DNA of 63,482 nt, counting the filler, from Rhabdomonas costata (Eukaryota), in the NCBI GenBank assembly GCA_019059605.1. It is 49 parts of 49 records of this genome, joined end to end, with 100 filler letters (N's around TTAATTAATTAA, not from the genome) between each part and the next. Parts side by side here need not be neighbours in the genome. Positions count along the whole stretch, not along the records: positions 1 to 1,198 come from JAHMHO010023952.1; positions 1,299 to 2,497 come from JAHMHO010023953.1; positions 2,598 to 3,795 come from JAHMHO010023954.1; positions 3,896 to 5,081 come from JAHMHO010023955.1; positions 5,182 to 6,379 come from JAHMHO010023956.1; positions 6,480 to 7,677 come from JAHMHO010023957.1; positions 7,778 to 8,975 come from JAHMHO010023958.1; positions 9,076 to 10,273 come from JAHMHO010023959.1; 41 more parts are not named here. One strand, given 5' to 3'. The notes beneath the pieces were generated by a model. It was not told the DNA's origin. It searched no databases and saw only the letters and a list, made by a program, of their open reading frames with translations. Numbering within the stretch: position 1 is the stretch's first letter; every line of letters begins with the position of its first letter. Below are positions 1 to 11,667 of the stretch, piece after piece. Made by a program: the position numbers and the translations under genes.

Positions 1-20
1 ACACACACACACACACACAC
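1..20. repeat. (AC)n microsatellite at contig start
   Basis: ACx10 seen directly. Confidence 0.9.
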
Positions 21-503
21 TGAGCAGGGTGTGGAAGTTGGGTCTGGTGTGGATGGAAGATCGGAGAGAAATCCCGGCGGAGTGCGTGAGAGTGGAGGCG
101 TGAACACAGAGGAAGGACTAAATTGGAGTTGACGAGGGATGAATGAGGGTATGGGTTGCTGAGGCCCTTGCTCAGTTTTTGGCATTTGAAGTTTTTTCTA
201 CCACGAATATGGCACTGTGTAGGATGATCGCAGGGTCGATGAAATCCCTTCCCAGCTGCTTATGTTTTTTCGGAATTATTATGGAGCAGCACATGGCAGC
301 GAACGGCGCATTACAGAACGCCTCTTGCCCTGCTTGCAGGAAAAGCGAGCCAAGAGTCGAGCCAGCATCAGCATCTCAACCTAGAATGCCCCCAACGGAC
401 CACCGCGGTGTCCTGTCCATCTTTCCAATTTTGAAGCTGCAGTGCAGCCCATTCCCATGTTGATCTTGTCCTCTGCGTGTCCAGGGATCCTCAGCCTTTT
501 CAG

Positions 504-777
504 TGCGTACTCCGACCACATTCCTTTTGCCCTTGTCGTGCCGGGTGTGTGCATGCTTGTGGACGACGCCCTCGGGGTGCGCGCGGCGGGGCTGCTGCTG
601 GGGCCCAACGCACAGGAAGGCCTGGACGACCTGGCCACCACGTGCACCTCAGTGCTGGGCCTTGGGGTGGGGCTGCTCCTGGCCAAAGCCATTGCCCTGC
701 CACTGCACCGCCGCATCCTGCACGCCACGCATGCCGCAAAGCTGACATCTCGCAGCTTCTGGATCTCCCCAAGGGCC
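504..777 (+). CDS. Probable internal exon of an unknown protein; starts with AYSDHIPF (weakly like a peptidase M28 motif)
   Basis: GC-rich open frame after pyrimidine tract + CAG (501-503), candidate GT donor at 778; family call is weak. Confidence 0.35.
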
Positions 778-1198
778 GTGGCTTTGTTGTGAAACTCCGT
801 GTTAGGTTTCCGTAAATCACGGTGCTTCTGGGTACCGTGCCTCCCGTGCGGCATTCTGCTGCACATGAAGTGTAAAAATCCAGCCCTTTCTGTTGAAATG
901 TCCGCTACCGGCAGAAACGGAATTGAACCTACACCCCAACCCTGCGGAGCCTTGGAGGGCGATAATGACTCGGTTTCTCTCGGATTCTCTTCCGCTCACA
1001 TAGGTCTGTGTGATTCTCATGGGTTGGACATGGGGCAGTGATGTGAAATCAGCCCCTGTAACCTAGATATGAGCTGCGGGCAGCTAGGGTGAAGCAAGTT
1101 CTCCCACGTTCCCTTTTTTAGCCAGCGGTTCGTAGGTGGTTTTGAACATGTTCATGATGATTTCCCCACCTTTATAAGGTAAGTTGCAACCCACACCC

Positions 1199-1298
1199 NN
1201 NNNNNNNNNNNNNNNNNNNNNNNNNNNNNNNNNNNNNNNNNNTTAATTAATTAANNNNNNNNNNNNNNNNNNNNNNNNNNNNNNNNNNNNNNNNNNNN
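1199..1298. other. Artificial contig-joining spacer (first of 48 identical copies, one every ~1.3 kb)
   Basis: 44 N + TTAATTAATTAA (stops in all six frames) + 44 N, repeated between ~1.2-kb segments; segment lengths are almost all 1,196-1,199 nt, consistent with length-sorted contigs. Confidence 0.98.
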
Positions 1299-2285
1299 GT
1301 GGGTGGTTGGCAATAGGCGCACTGTTGATTGCAATCTCCACCAGGACCAAAAGATCCATTCAAGTCGTGCCTTGATGCGAATACATCAGCGTATTCATCA
1401 CCTGCTTCATGGTCTGGTTGGTCCTTTCTGCTTGCCCGTTGGTCTGTGGACGGTACGGCAAAGATCTTCTGCTCTGGATGTCCGGGAAGACCATTAGACC
1501 TCTCCAGAACACACAAACACACATGAAGATCGGATCTAGACCGCTCACGATACTCCTCGGCAAACCGTGGTGTCTCACTAACTCCCACCAGAACAACTCT
1601 GCAATGTCGTGGGCATTCATTTCGATATGGAAACACACCCATTTTTGTGGCCCTATCTGTAACGGTCAACATCTCATTCACCACCTGCCATTTTCCTGAA
1701 AACTTCCAAGGTCCTGGAGGCATGGAAACGAAATCCATTGAAATGGATTCCCCTTTCATCACGGGCACCTCCAACACCTGTGTATGACCTCTTGGCAAAT
1801 GATGGTCCGCTTTGCATCTCTGACGCACATCACAGGTACGCACATAAGCTCGCACCTTTCAATTGATGTTCTTGAACGGGTAAGTGCGCTTGATCAGGGC
1901 GGACGTCCTGGCCACTTCCCAATGCCATGCTGAGGGAGAATCGTGGTACCGCGAAATCACATCTAACTCCCTCTTGAAAGGAACCACAATCTTACCCAGC
2001 TCCCAAAGACTACCATGGTGCCACTTTGTAGGGTCCAAAAACTCTGCAGTGGTCAAATTGAAATACCTCTTCCGCACTACTGGGTCAAGCAAGTAGTCGT
2101 CACACCAATCCTCTGGATCACCTGCTGCTGCCACCCTTAAAGGTGCACAGAGCGGTCCGTTGAACCGCAACGTCGCCAAACTCAACAAACACTCCATCGC
2201 TGGAAAACCCAGATTCTTCTCGTCCACTGGGTGCCTAGAGAAGGCATCCGCAGCGACATTTTGCCTTCCGGGAATGTGGGCAATG
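1299..2285 (-). mobile_element. Degenerate Ty3/gypsy LTR-retrotransposon pol fragment (RNase H end, integrase zinc finger and core)
   Basis: HIPGRQNVAADAFSR (RNase H end), YHDSPSAWH...CDVRQRCK (HHCC, one Cys lost), SISMDFV, HHGLPRSIVSGLDPIF (second catalytic Asp lost), RPQTNGQAERTN; broken by a stop and frameshifts. Confidence 0.92.
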
Positions 2286-2700
2286 CAAAGTACACCTCTG
2301 TAATCTCTCCAATCATCACCTAAATCACAGCACTTGCCTTGGAGAAGGCCGGGGGTTCTTCCGCAAATAGCTTAAGGCAGAGGTTTCCGTGTGAACTCTA
2401 ACATGTGAACCACGTGGACAGCTTTCTGGAACGACACGCCACCAAATGCATATTGCCATCCTCCCCTTGTTGTGAAAGCGTGGCTCTAACCCACAACNNN
2501 NNNNNNNNNNNNNNNNNNNNNNNNNNNNNNNNNNNNNNNNNTTAATTAATTAANNNNNNNNNNNNNNNNNNNNNNNNNNNNNNNNNNNNNNNNNNNNGTG
2601 GGAAGGGATGGGGAGGGGAGGGGAGGGAAGTACAGGTGAAAAAACCGGAAGCGCTTCGACGCTTGAGGGAGTGCTCTTGTGGAGATAAGTTTGTGTGCAG

Positions 2701-3585
2701 CCATTTTGAGAGCTGGAGTGCGACTCTTTTGAGCTTGCTGCCCGTCATCCCAGAACGTGCTGACACACGGTCTGGGACGATCTATCAGTCCTTGATCCAG
2801 CTGGATGTGGTCATTGGTCACACGCTGACCGTGGCGCATTATGTCCGCTTGCTGGGGAAGCTTGGCGAGTTACCCATTGGTAGGTTCCTGCGAGTATCTA
2901 CCACGCCCATTTCCATAGTGCTGAATTACCCCTTCCTCCATAAGTTTAGCCCCATGACGGCAGCTCCATCAACTTTGTCCCCTTACCCACCGCCTTTTCT
3001 GGCTGCTCCTTTTCACCTGGGAGCGGCCACTGCTGGTTATTATTCAAAGCCTAGACTACCTAGACAACTGTGGTGTTTATCTGTCTGTCTGTCTCGTTGG
3101 TGTGAAAATGCTCAGGTGCTGTTTCTCGAGGAAGGATGCCTTCGCGCCCTTCCCCGAGGGGTTTCCCGGTTGCGGCTGGAAGAGCTCACGGCGCAAGGGG
3201 TGCGGGAGTTCCTGCAGACCCAGGGCTTGACCCAACGCATCCTGGACACAGATATGATCCCGGACGATCTTTGCCATGCCATTGGCCGTAAAGCCAGCTA
3301 CAACCCCACCATGCTTGCCGAGCTGATGAGGTGATGAAGCGGCTTCTCTCTCCCGGAGCTCTACAAATCGCCTTCTGCCTGCCTTTCTCCTTTTCCTGTA
3401 TTCGCCAAATTTCTCTGGCGATGGAACCGATAATGTCTGCCTCACAATTGTGCTGGTTCTTCAGCCACGTGGCGGCGTCCGAGGAGCTGCTCGAGGGCGT
3501 GTGGACCGACTCCAAGGGAGTAGTCCGGGTTGCTGTGCGGACCATGTCTGAGCTCTTGGACTTTGACTTCAGCTGCTCGGACAAG
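2701..3585 (+). CDS. Three exons (2701-2893, 3116-3330, 3465-3585) resembling the STAND/AAA NTPase region of soluble-adenylyl-cyclase-like proteins
   Basis: Phase-consistent GT-AG junctions; LRLEELTAQGVREFL...IPDDLCHAIGRKASYNPTMLAELM resembles the GxP/'GNP(F)xxEL' region of STAND NTPases. Confidence 0.5.
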
Positions 3586-3895
3586 GTCCTGCTATGTCCC
3601 TGACTGTTGTTCTGGTCAAGTTAATGGGTTGGAGTCGACTTACGCTGATCGTTCGGAACAATCCCTGAAAAATTTCATCCTTAATCCTGTGTGAGATCAC
3701 CCTTTTTCGGCATGAAGTTAGCATGGCCCGCATCACCTCAAAAGTAAAGGGCGTGGAAGCGTGGAAGTCAAGTGCAGCTGATCTGACCCCAACACNNNNN
3801 NNNNNNNNNNNNNNNNNNNNNNNNNNNNNNNNNNNNNNNTTAATTAATTAANNNNNNNNNNNNNNNNNNNNNNNNNNNNNNNNNNNNNNNNNNNN

Positions 3896-4614
3896 GCCAG
3901 ATGATAGCCCGGCTCTCCCCCACCGTGGAAGTTGCCAACGCCATCGGCACCGGGGTGGCAAGCTGGTTCAGCTCCTTTGCAGGTTTTCTTCGCTTTCCTT
4001 TCGATCGGCCGTTCGTTGCTCTTCTTTTTGCGCAGTTTTCCTCGCTGCCTCAGTATGCTCGACCTTTCTTTTTCGGTTTGGTTTCACTGCATTTCGGTTT
4101 AGCTTGTTTGGACGGGGTGATGGTAAACAGTTTCGAACTGATTCTGAAGGTGAGAGAAGGCATGTGTGATTTGGTGGGCACCAGGCGGTCCAGAGCCATT
4201 TGCCTGGGCGCTCTTTCGCGGGGATAGAGGCAGGTGGGCTATTTGTACATACGTGGTGGATGCCGTCGATAAACCCTCCGCTGCGCTGAGCAAAGAATCG
4301 ACACAAGATTTAAGAAAAATTAAGTAAACTGTCGCCGAGGGGCACGGGTGGGTACTGGTCTGAGCGTGCAAGGACCGGCCACGCGGCTTTTCGGGAGGCC
4401 ACTTTTCATGGAAAAGACCCCGGGCCTGCTTCGGGTTGGCCCTCTAGAGAGGTGGGGGAAGACATGGAGGGCGCTCTAGGCACAATGGACGTCAACTGTG
4501 GGCTATTTGAGGGCTTCTGTTTTTCCACTCGCTCTCCACGCACACAGGGTTTTACTTGCCCAAGCCGTATATTCCTGGCGGGTACATCTGGCTGTACTGG
4601 CTGAACCCATTCAA
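3896..4614 (+). CDS. ABCG/PDR-type transporter, ABC-2 membrane domain; exons 3896-3982 and 4548-4614
   Basis: Spliced product ...SPTVEVANAIGTGVASWFSSFA-GFYLPKPYIPGGYIWLYWLNPFK; GT-AG intron 3983-4547 keeps the frame. Confidence 0.85.
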
Positions 4615-5188
4615 GTGTGCTCTTTGGGGAGGTGGGGACGAGCATTTGTCTTGTATAAAGTCCGGCAAGTGCGGAAATAGACGTTGGATAAAGGTTTGTG
4701 AAAATTACAAAGAAAAGACCGCCGCAAAGTGCAAAAGAGGAATGTATTTGGATGGCAGGCATCAGGCATCCCGCTGAGACTGCGCGGTCATGGCCGTGGA
4801 AGCAAGTCAGAAATTGTGTGGGAAGCCTCACAGTGGTGTCTTACTGTAAGGGTACTTCATCTCAAAACGCGGTGCAGGAGTGTGAGGTAGATAGGTTTAT
4901 CACATACGGAGGAAAAGAACAGTTAAGGTTCACAGTATTGCCTGGAAGCAAAGCCATGCCACAATAATTTACAGAAGCTGTACATTTGTATAAAAAACGA
5001 AGAAGAAGAAGCAGGTGGAGGAGGAGAAATAAACAGAAATGTGCCAGCAGCAGTAAAATACAAAAGGGGTCCACCAAAAAANNNNNNNNNNNNNNNNNNN
5101 NNNNNNNNNNNNNNNNNNNNNNNNNTTAATTAATTAANNNNNNNNNNNNNNNNNNNNNNNNNNNNNNNNNNNNNNNNNNNNGTGTGTG

Positions 5189-5334
5189 TTGCTTCAGATG
5201 CAGACTGAGGGATCCGCAACGAGGTTCCCACCCTCTTCTGTGCCTGCACCAGCGAACGTCAAGGCACGCGCAGGGGCAGGCACAGAAGAGGGTGGGAACC
5301 TCGTTGCGGATCCCTCAGTCTGCATCTGAAGCAA
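5189..5334. repeat. Terminal inverted repeat, ~59-bp arms (5189-5247 / 5276-5334); probable fold-back amplification chimera
   Basis: Arms are reverse complements and the left arm starts at the contig edge. Confidence 0.85.
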
Positions 5335-5620
5335 AACACTCTCCAGAAAGTGGGCGAGACGCCACAGCACCCTACTACTTCCTGACCCACACCCACACCT
5401 CGTAAAAGAGCGGCCAACAGGAAAGACAAAACGCAAGAGAGAAACCGGCTTACGATAAACCAACGCGCTAATGGAATTCCAAAGCCCACTTCCCATCGGG
5501 ATCTGAGATACAAAAGTGGATTTTCATTTCAAAAAGGTTGCGTAACCCGACAAAAATCCCGGAAGTCGCCCAACCCCATCAATTCATCCATATGTCCCAC
5601 CGACAATCCACACACACACC

Positions 5621-6288
5621 AGTGTCATCCAGCGGTGCACCACAGCACCACCGCCCAGGTCAGCTTCTGCGCCGACCACTCGCAGAGGTGAGTAGTACTC
5701 CACGGTGGACTGTGGGGAGGGTCATACGTGCGAGGAGTACTGAAGAGATGCAATTGGCGAGCACACACTTATTCTCCGTTTCCTTCGTTTTGTTTTGGCT
5801 CTCTTCGCAGAGTGTATCTGCGCCCACGAGCATGTGCTTTTTTGTTCTAGCCGCTGAAATGCCCCGGTACAAACCACACATAAGTCACACAGGCCATACA
5901 TATGGTGGGTGATTGCAAGAGAGTTCGCATCCCCCGCGCCTGACCACGGCCGCAATTCGATCACTATGGGCTCTGGACAACAGGCCACAGGGAAGGTGAG
6001 GCGTATGAACGATTCTATGTGATGTGAACATCCCAGCACAATATTTCTCTGCTTCGATCACCCATCCACCCATGCCTGGTTGTCAAAGGCCACGGTGACT
6101 GCAGAAAAGGTGGTGTTCAGGCCGACCCAGAACTGAGGGGTGGCCCGCGCGGCGAAGGGCTGGGGTAGCCCCCCCACTCCTCCCTGGCCGCTGCTACCGC
6201 TGCCGCCGCTGACGGCCACCCCAGGGGGCGCCGTGGAGCCCAGCCAGAAGTCTCCCCGCACCACAGACTGGTTGGTGAACAGTGCAAC
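5621..6288 (-). CDS. Multi-exon fragment of an unknown protein (exons ~6063-6288, ~5903-5972, ~5621-5709)
   Basis: GC-rich frames VALFTNQSVVRGDFWLG...VAFDNQAW, EPIVIELRPWSGAGDANSLAIT and STVEYYSPLRVVGAEADLGGG, each preceded by CAG. Confidence 0.45.
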
Positions 6289-7033
6289 CTGTGCAAAGAG
6301 GCACAGAAGAACAGCAAGGCTACACACTTGGTTGTCGGCTTCGATTCAAATATCCACATCTGCGACAACTTCCTCAGCGNNNNNNNNNNNNNNNNNNNNN
6401 NNNNNNNNNNNNNNNNNNNNNNNTTAATTAATTAANNNNNNNNNNNNNNNNNNNNNNNNNNNNNNNNNNNNNNNNNNNNGTGTTGGTGTGTTTGGGGTGG
6501 TGTGGAATGCAGTGCAGAATAGGGAACAGAGGAACGGGAGAGGGGCGCGGAGGGCGGGGGGTGAGTTTATGATGGGTGTGTGCCAAGAAGTCATTTAAGA
6601 ATACTCGCAGTCGCCCAGCTTTGCTTATCCGCTATACCGCTTCTTTTTGAGCTCTTCACGTCTCTATTAAAAACGCAATCAAAAAAGGAAACCCGTGCTT
6701 TTAAAGAAGAGAGAAACCACACGCATGCGGTCATTGGCGGTAGAGTCAACTGGGGATTTTCGCACTTTTTTCTGTGGTGGTTGGCTTCGTCCCACCCATG
6801 CCCTTACTGCTTAGCTCTCCTGTAAAAAAAAAACCTGGCAACCACCACCACCAACATCAACAACACCCGGTATTCATGCTTAAAAAAACGTGCAACCACT
6901 GTTAGTATTTCTTCCAATATGAAAGCACAGTGCAGCCACGGTATAACAGCAGACACGCGAAAGAGAGAGTCGCCGTCTTTCAAGCAAGGGCAGGGGAATA
7001 GAGTCGAGGAGAAGGGGTGGGTGCGTCCAAAAC

Positions 7034-7308
7034 CTGGTTCTGCAGCTCCTTCTGCTTCTCCACGGCGGAGTTGAAGTTGAACTCCAGCTCGGCAATCCTG
7101 TCCTCGACCTCCTGCAGGCTGGCCCGGGTGCGGGCCAGAGCGGCGTTCACCACGGCCAGCTCGGCCTCCGCGGCGGAGAGCATCTCTCGCTTGGGCTGCA
7201 CCTCCAGGTTCACGTGGTAGTACTTGATCATAGCGTGCACCCACTGGCACATCGCCGTACACGGCACGGACACCGCTCGGACGTAGCTGGGCTGGAACCG
7301 CTCATCAT
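7034..7308 (-). CDS. Axonemal dynein heavy chain, exon covering the end of the MTBD and stalk CC2
   Basis: FQPSYVRAVSVPCTAMCQWVHAMIKYYHVNLEVQPKREMLSAAEAEL...; CAG acceptor and GT donor. Confidence 0.93.
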
Positions 7309-8314
7309 CTGTGGCCCACAGAGCCGGGGCAGGGTGTGTGTGGTGCTCGATCGCTCACGTTGCGTGTGCATCTGCAACGTGTGACATTACTTTGCTATCC
7401 TGTCATATTTTCTGCTTTATTGAGTTCTTCAAAATTGTGTTTTCCAAGCAAACCGTCTTCTCTACTGAGACGTCGCCTGCGCCTGACGTTGACGCGTCCT
7501 TTGTTTTTCCCGGCTCGCCACCATTGGGTGCCGTTTTTGCATCGAGTTCTCCAGGAACTCAGCCACTAACCTGCCGCAATCTCTCGCTCAATCCCCGATG
7601 TTGACCTGAATCCTGGGTGGCAGGCTATAATACCCTTGGATCACGAACACCCGTCCAAGCGCACCTGACAAAAGTGANNNNNNNNNNNNNNNNNNNNNNN
7701 NNNNNNNNNNNNNNNNNNNNNTTAATTAATTAANNNNNNNNNNNNNNNNNNNNNNNNNNNNNNNNNNNNNNNNNNNNGTGCTGGGTGTGTTTGGTGTTGA
7801 TGAAGAAGAAACGACAATGATATGAAAGGAAAAAGGAAAAAGTCATTCTTCGATTAAACAGGGTTGAGATGAAATCTTGAGCTCGGAGGGTAGGCTTTCG
7901 TTCGAGAATCCCGATCTCAAGGGCAAAGAAGTATGCACATGCGAAGGTGGGTAGGTGTGAGGCACACGTTGCTGGTGTGACCCGCGACGAGGTTGGCGAA
8001 TTCATTGAACGAGCTCACAGTAGAGTTGGGAAACGCGTTGATCGCGGTCACAGTCATGTCCTGCGTAACGCGGCGTTACCGCGGTGGCGACCAACCCCCC
8101 CCCCCGAAAAAAACACGTACTCCTTCCTTGGGTCACACGAGACTACAAAGACTACCGTAGGGAATGCTTTGGCAAACAAAGGCAGAGGTGGATGCAGGGG
8201 TCGAAGCCGTGATTTCATTGAGGTGCGAGTATTTGCAGCGGCGCGGCCTCCCTCGCAAAAGTCAGCAAGGGAAAAAGGGTGCCTGGGACATTGTTCCTCT
8301 CAAGGGGAGAACAC

Positions 8315-8440
8315 CTGAGTGGAGATGTTGCCGGCGGTCTGGAGGCACGCCCACACGAAGATGCACCAGCACACCACCACCGCGGCAAAGATCATAAATC
8401 CTGGGGGCACGAGGACCAGGGACCGAGCTCGGGCCATCAC
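8315..8440 (-). CDS. Membrane-protein exon, possibly choline-transporter-like (CTL/SLC44) family
   Basis: 126-nt phase-0 exon VMARARSLVLVPPGFMIFAAVVVCWCIFVWACLQTAGNISTQ resembles the CTL 'SLxxxP...W...L.T.G' helix. Confidence 0.42.
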
Positions 8441-9075
8441 CTGCAAAGGGCCGGGAAACATGTCGGCGCAGAGGTACATGGCGCGCTTGCTCCTATTGCC
8501 TGTCACGGCTGCGCCCTTCCCATCATTGCACATTAACCCGCCTTTCAGTCACCTGGGCACCTGGACAGGCGTGATGAACACCTGGACACCTGGATAGGTG
8601 TGAACCAAAAGCTCGAAAACAATTAGAGTTTGGCCGCTTCCTAACACAACCGTTTAGGGGTCACTGCCAAAGCCGGTGAACCCCACAAGTTGGACTTCGC
8701 GTGGTTTATTTTGACACACACCCGAAGATGTACGGGTGGCTTGACATAAAACCCGGTGGTGAAAATGTCCTGGCCCTGCAACCGATCCACCCATTGACCT
8801 GGGAATGTCGTAGCCGGGTGACGCCACGTGCTACATCTCATTCTTAAATTCCTACTTAGTGCCCGCACTAGGGAAATACAGAAAGTAATTCTGGCCCCCA
8901 ATGTAGGACAACGGAGAATCCACCCATCCAATGACAACGTTTTAGCAGGTGAAACTCAGATCAAAATGTAAAAATNNNNNNNNNNNNNNNNNNNNNNNNN
9001 NNNNNNNNNNNNNNNNNNNTTAATTAATTAANNNNNNNNNNNNNNNNNNNNNNNNNNNNNNNNNNNNNNNNNNNN

Positions 9076-10134
9076 CATCGGGGCAGGCCGCCAGGTGCCT
9101 CGCGCTGAAGTGGTGAATCTGCTGAAAGAGCTGCAGAGATGGACAGGGAGTAGCTGAAAGACAGAAACAGACAGAAACACAGACTGGCTCCCCGATGAAG
9201 TCAACAAATCGAACAATACACAAATATAGCCACCCTCGCGTCTTCCGAGTTGACAGCATTCCAAAGCAGGTGGCAGGAAGCATGCCTGTCTTCGTTGGCT
9301 CATCTGCAATGGCAAAGGCCGAGGGCGTTGCTCTGAGAATGTGCACCTTTGTGCTCCAAATGAACAAGGCATGTCTTTCCTGCACACTAGAAGACCTGGG
9401 AGGCCCGTGTGTCTTTCGGGCATTCACTGGCGAGTATGGGTTTTTGTCAATTTCAAAGATAGGTTTCCCCGCGGTCAAAAAGTATTTACACTGCCCCAGC
9501 TAAAGGGCGGAGGGCAGTGAAAAAGCACACGCGTGACGATCAGCCGAACCTGGCAGTGCCCCAGAAATCGCTGCAGCTCAGGCCACGAGGCCTCGGCTAG
9601 CAGGGGCTCAGGGCCAGCATCTTTCGGATTGGCAGAGGAGGAAAGCTCACGGCACTCCAGAACGGTGTACAGCACTCCAACGGCGCGCTGAACCACCCGA
9701 GGCGGGTCTGGAGCCTTTGCACGGGCACACACGCACACACATGCATAGACGTGAATGTGTGAATGTGATGAGGTAAAGGTGTCCCTATCTCTCGGTGCAC
9801 GTGGATATGGCGGCGTGCGAAGGAATAAGTGCCTCATAATCCTGCAACTATTTCGACACCCATATCTAAAGTATACAATAGCAGTACCCGAAGGAAATGT
9901 GGGATTGGCAATTCTTCAAGGAACCAGAAGGGGACGCGGACTGTTGGCTGAAGGCAGAAAGGGCGGAACATGTTTGCAATTTAGAACCAAAAGCAACTAT
10001 AATCAGCACGTGAATTCCAGTTCGCTTGGAAGGGGAGGGGGGAGGAGGCAGGGTAACCTGTGAACCTCACCAAGCTTCTGCTTCGTCAGCACAGCACCAA
10101 CTTTTGAGGCCTCTTGAATCACAGGGATGATCAC
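9076..10134 (-). CDS. Divergent dynein-stalk/MTBD-like protein; exons 10066-10134, 9550-9714, 9076-9130
   Basis: Phase-0 GT-AG exons join to VIIPVIQEASKVGAVLTKQKLGE-APDPPRVVQRAVGVLYTVL...SWPELQRFLGHCQ-LFQQIHHFSARHL, following the MTBD pattern. Confidence 0.55.
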
Positions 10135-10907
10135 CTGAGAGCATGAAAGTCGGTTAATCAGGTGGGTAACGGTAGGAATGCCATGCACCCCCTTTGCTGT
10201 CCTGCAGAGTCCTGCGATGTGTGCATTTTGCCTCTGTTTCGTAATGAGCAATCGTCCTGATCTCGTCCTTCCCNNNNNNNNNNNNNNNNNNNNNNNNNNN
10301 NNNNNNNNNNNNNNNNNTTAATTAATTAANNNNNNNNNNNNNNNNNNNNNNNNNNNNNNNNNNNNNNNNNNNNTGGTGGACATCCAGCTCACTCTTCTGG
10401 GTATCGGAGCGTTCTTTGCCAAACAGTCCGCAAGCCAAGTGAAGGATAAAATGATTTTAAGCTACTGACGAATCTTGCTGAATGAAGATCTCCTGCTGAC
10501 TGAAAAGGTACAAGGTGCGTGACGAATTTTTCCCTCCCCCCAAATTAATGGTGAATGAAAACTGCAACTCACAGATTGTGGATAAGCATGCACAGCAGCC
10601 GCAGCCCAGAGGCGGATGCAAAATCAGAGGGCAGAAGCGGCATCGCGAACGATGTGCTCCTTCTCAAGTCAAAAGTAAGACCACTTTTAATTCTCGTGCA
10701 AGGAAAGTCACCTTTTGGGTGTTGTTGTGTGACAGTGAATGTTGGTTTTATTCCGCTTTTGAGTGAACATGTGCAGCGAGAATGCCTTTTGAGGTGACAA
10801 GCGAGATACCATTCATGCGTGGTTGCATGAATGCTGGACCACACCGTTAACTCAAGAACCAAGACCCTATCGTCTGTAACTGAAAGTCAAGGGTGTTTTG
10901 GATGCAG

Positions 10908-11055
10908 GGATTGACCGCGTTGGCGAGACGAAGATTGGCAATGAGACCCAGCCTGGAGTGTCGTGGGGGCAGAAGCGGAGGGTCACCGCGGCCGAGATGC
11001 TCATTTGCCGCTATCCAGTGGTGTTCTGCGACGAGATTTCCAATGGATTGGACAG
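10908..11055 (+). CDS. ABCG/PDR-type transporter, nucleotide-binding domain exon (signature and Walker B)
   Basis: ETKIGNETQPGVSWGQKRRVTAAEMLICRYPVVFCDEISNGLD; AG/GT borders. Confidence 0.9.
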
Positions 11056-11667
11056 GTGCACCCCCCCCCCCAATCTCCAGCGCTCTGGCCGAGGAGCTGG
11101 CTTCTACTCTTGGCAGAATGATCTCCAGAGGAACAGAAAGCTGAGTCCGAAGGGGGCTTGACGTTGGTGCGAAGAAAAGATTCGTGTTTGGACTCCACTA
11201 CCCATTACCGCAAAGCAGCGATGCAGTGTTTGTGGCAACACGTAGAAAAGGGGGTGGTACGCCGAATACACAGGAGCAAATCGTCCATTGTTCGAACAAA
11301 TTATACTCAAAATTGAAACGAAGAGAAAGAGAGATGAGGATTTGCATTGGGATGGGCTCTCGAGAGGAAGTGAAAGTTGGGTCGAAGAAAAGATGTGGGT
11401 TAGAGCTACATCGACGCAAAGCGGCGACCGAACAATTGTGTGAAGAAAAGTGCCACACGGTGTGCGTTTAAATATTCTTTGTTTGCTTGAAATTATCAAT
11501 GCACCAATGCAGGAGTTTAGTAATATATAGGAGTTGTATTCAGGGTGACGGACTGATCTGGAGCCTCNNNNNNNNNNNNNNNNNNNNNNNNNNNNNNNNN
11601 NNNNNNNNNNNTTAATTAATTAANNNNNNNNNNNNNNNNNNNNNNNNNNNNNNNNNNNNNNNNNNNN

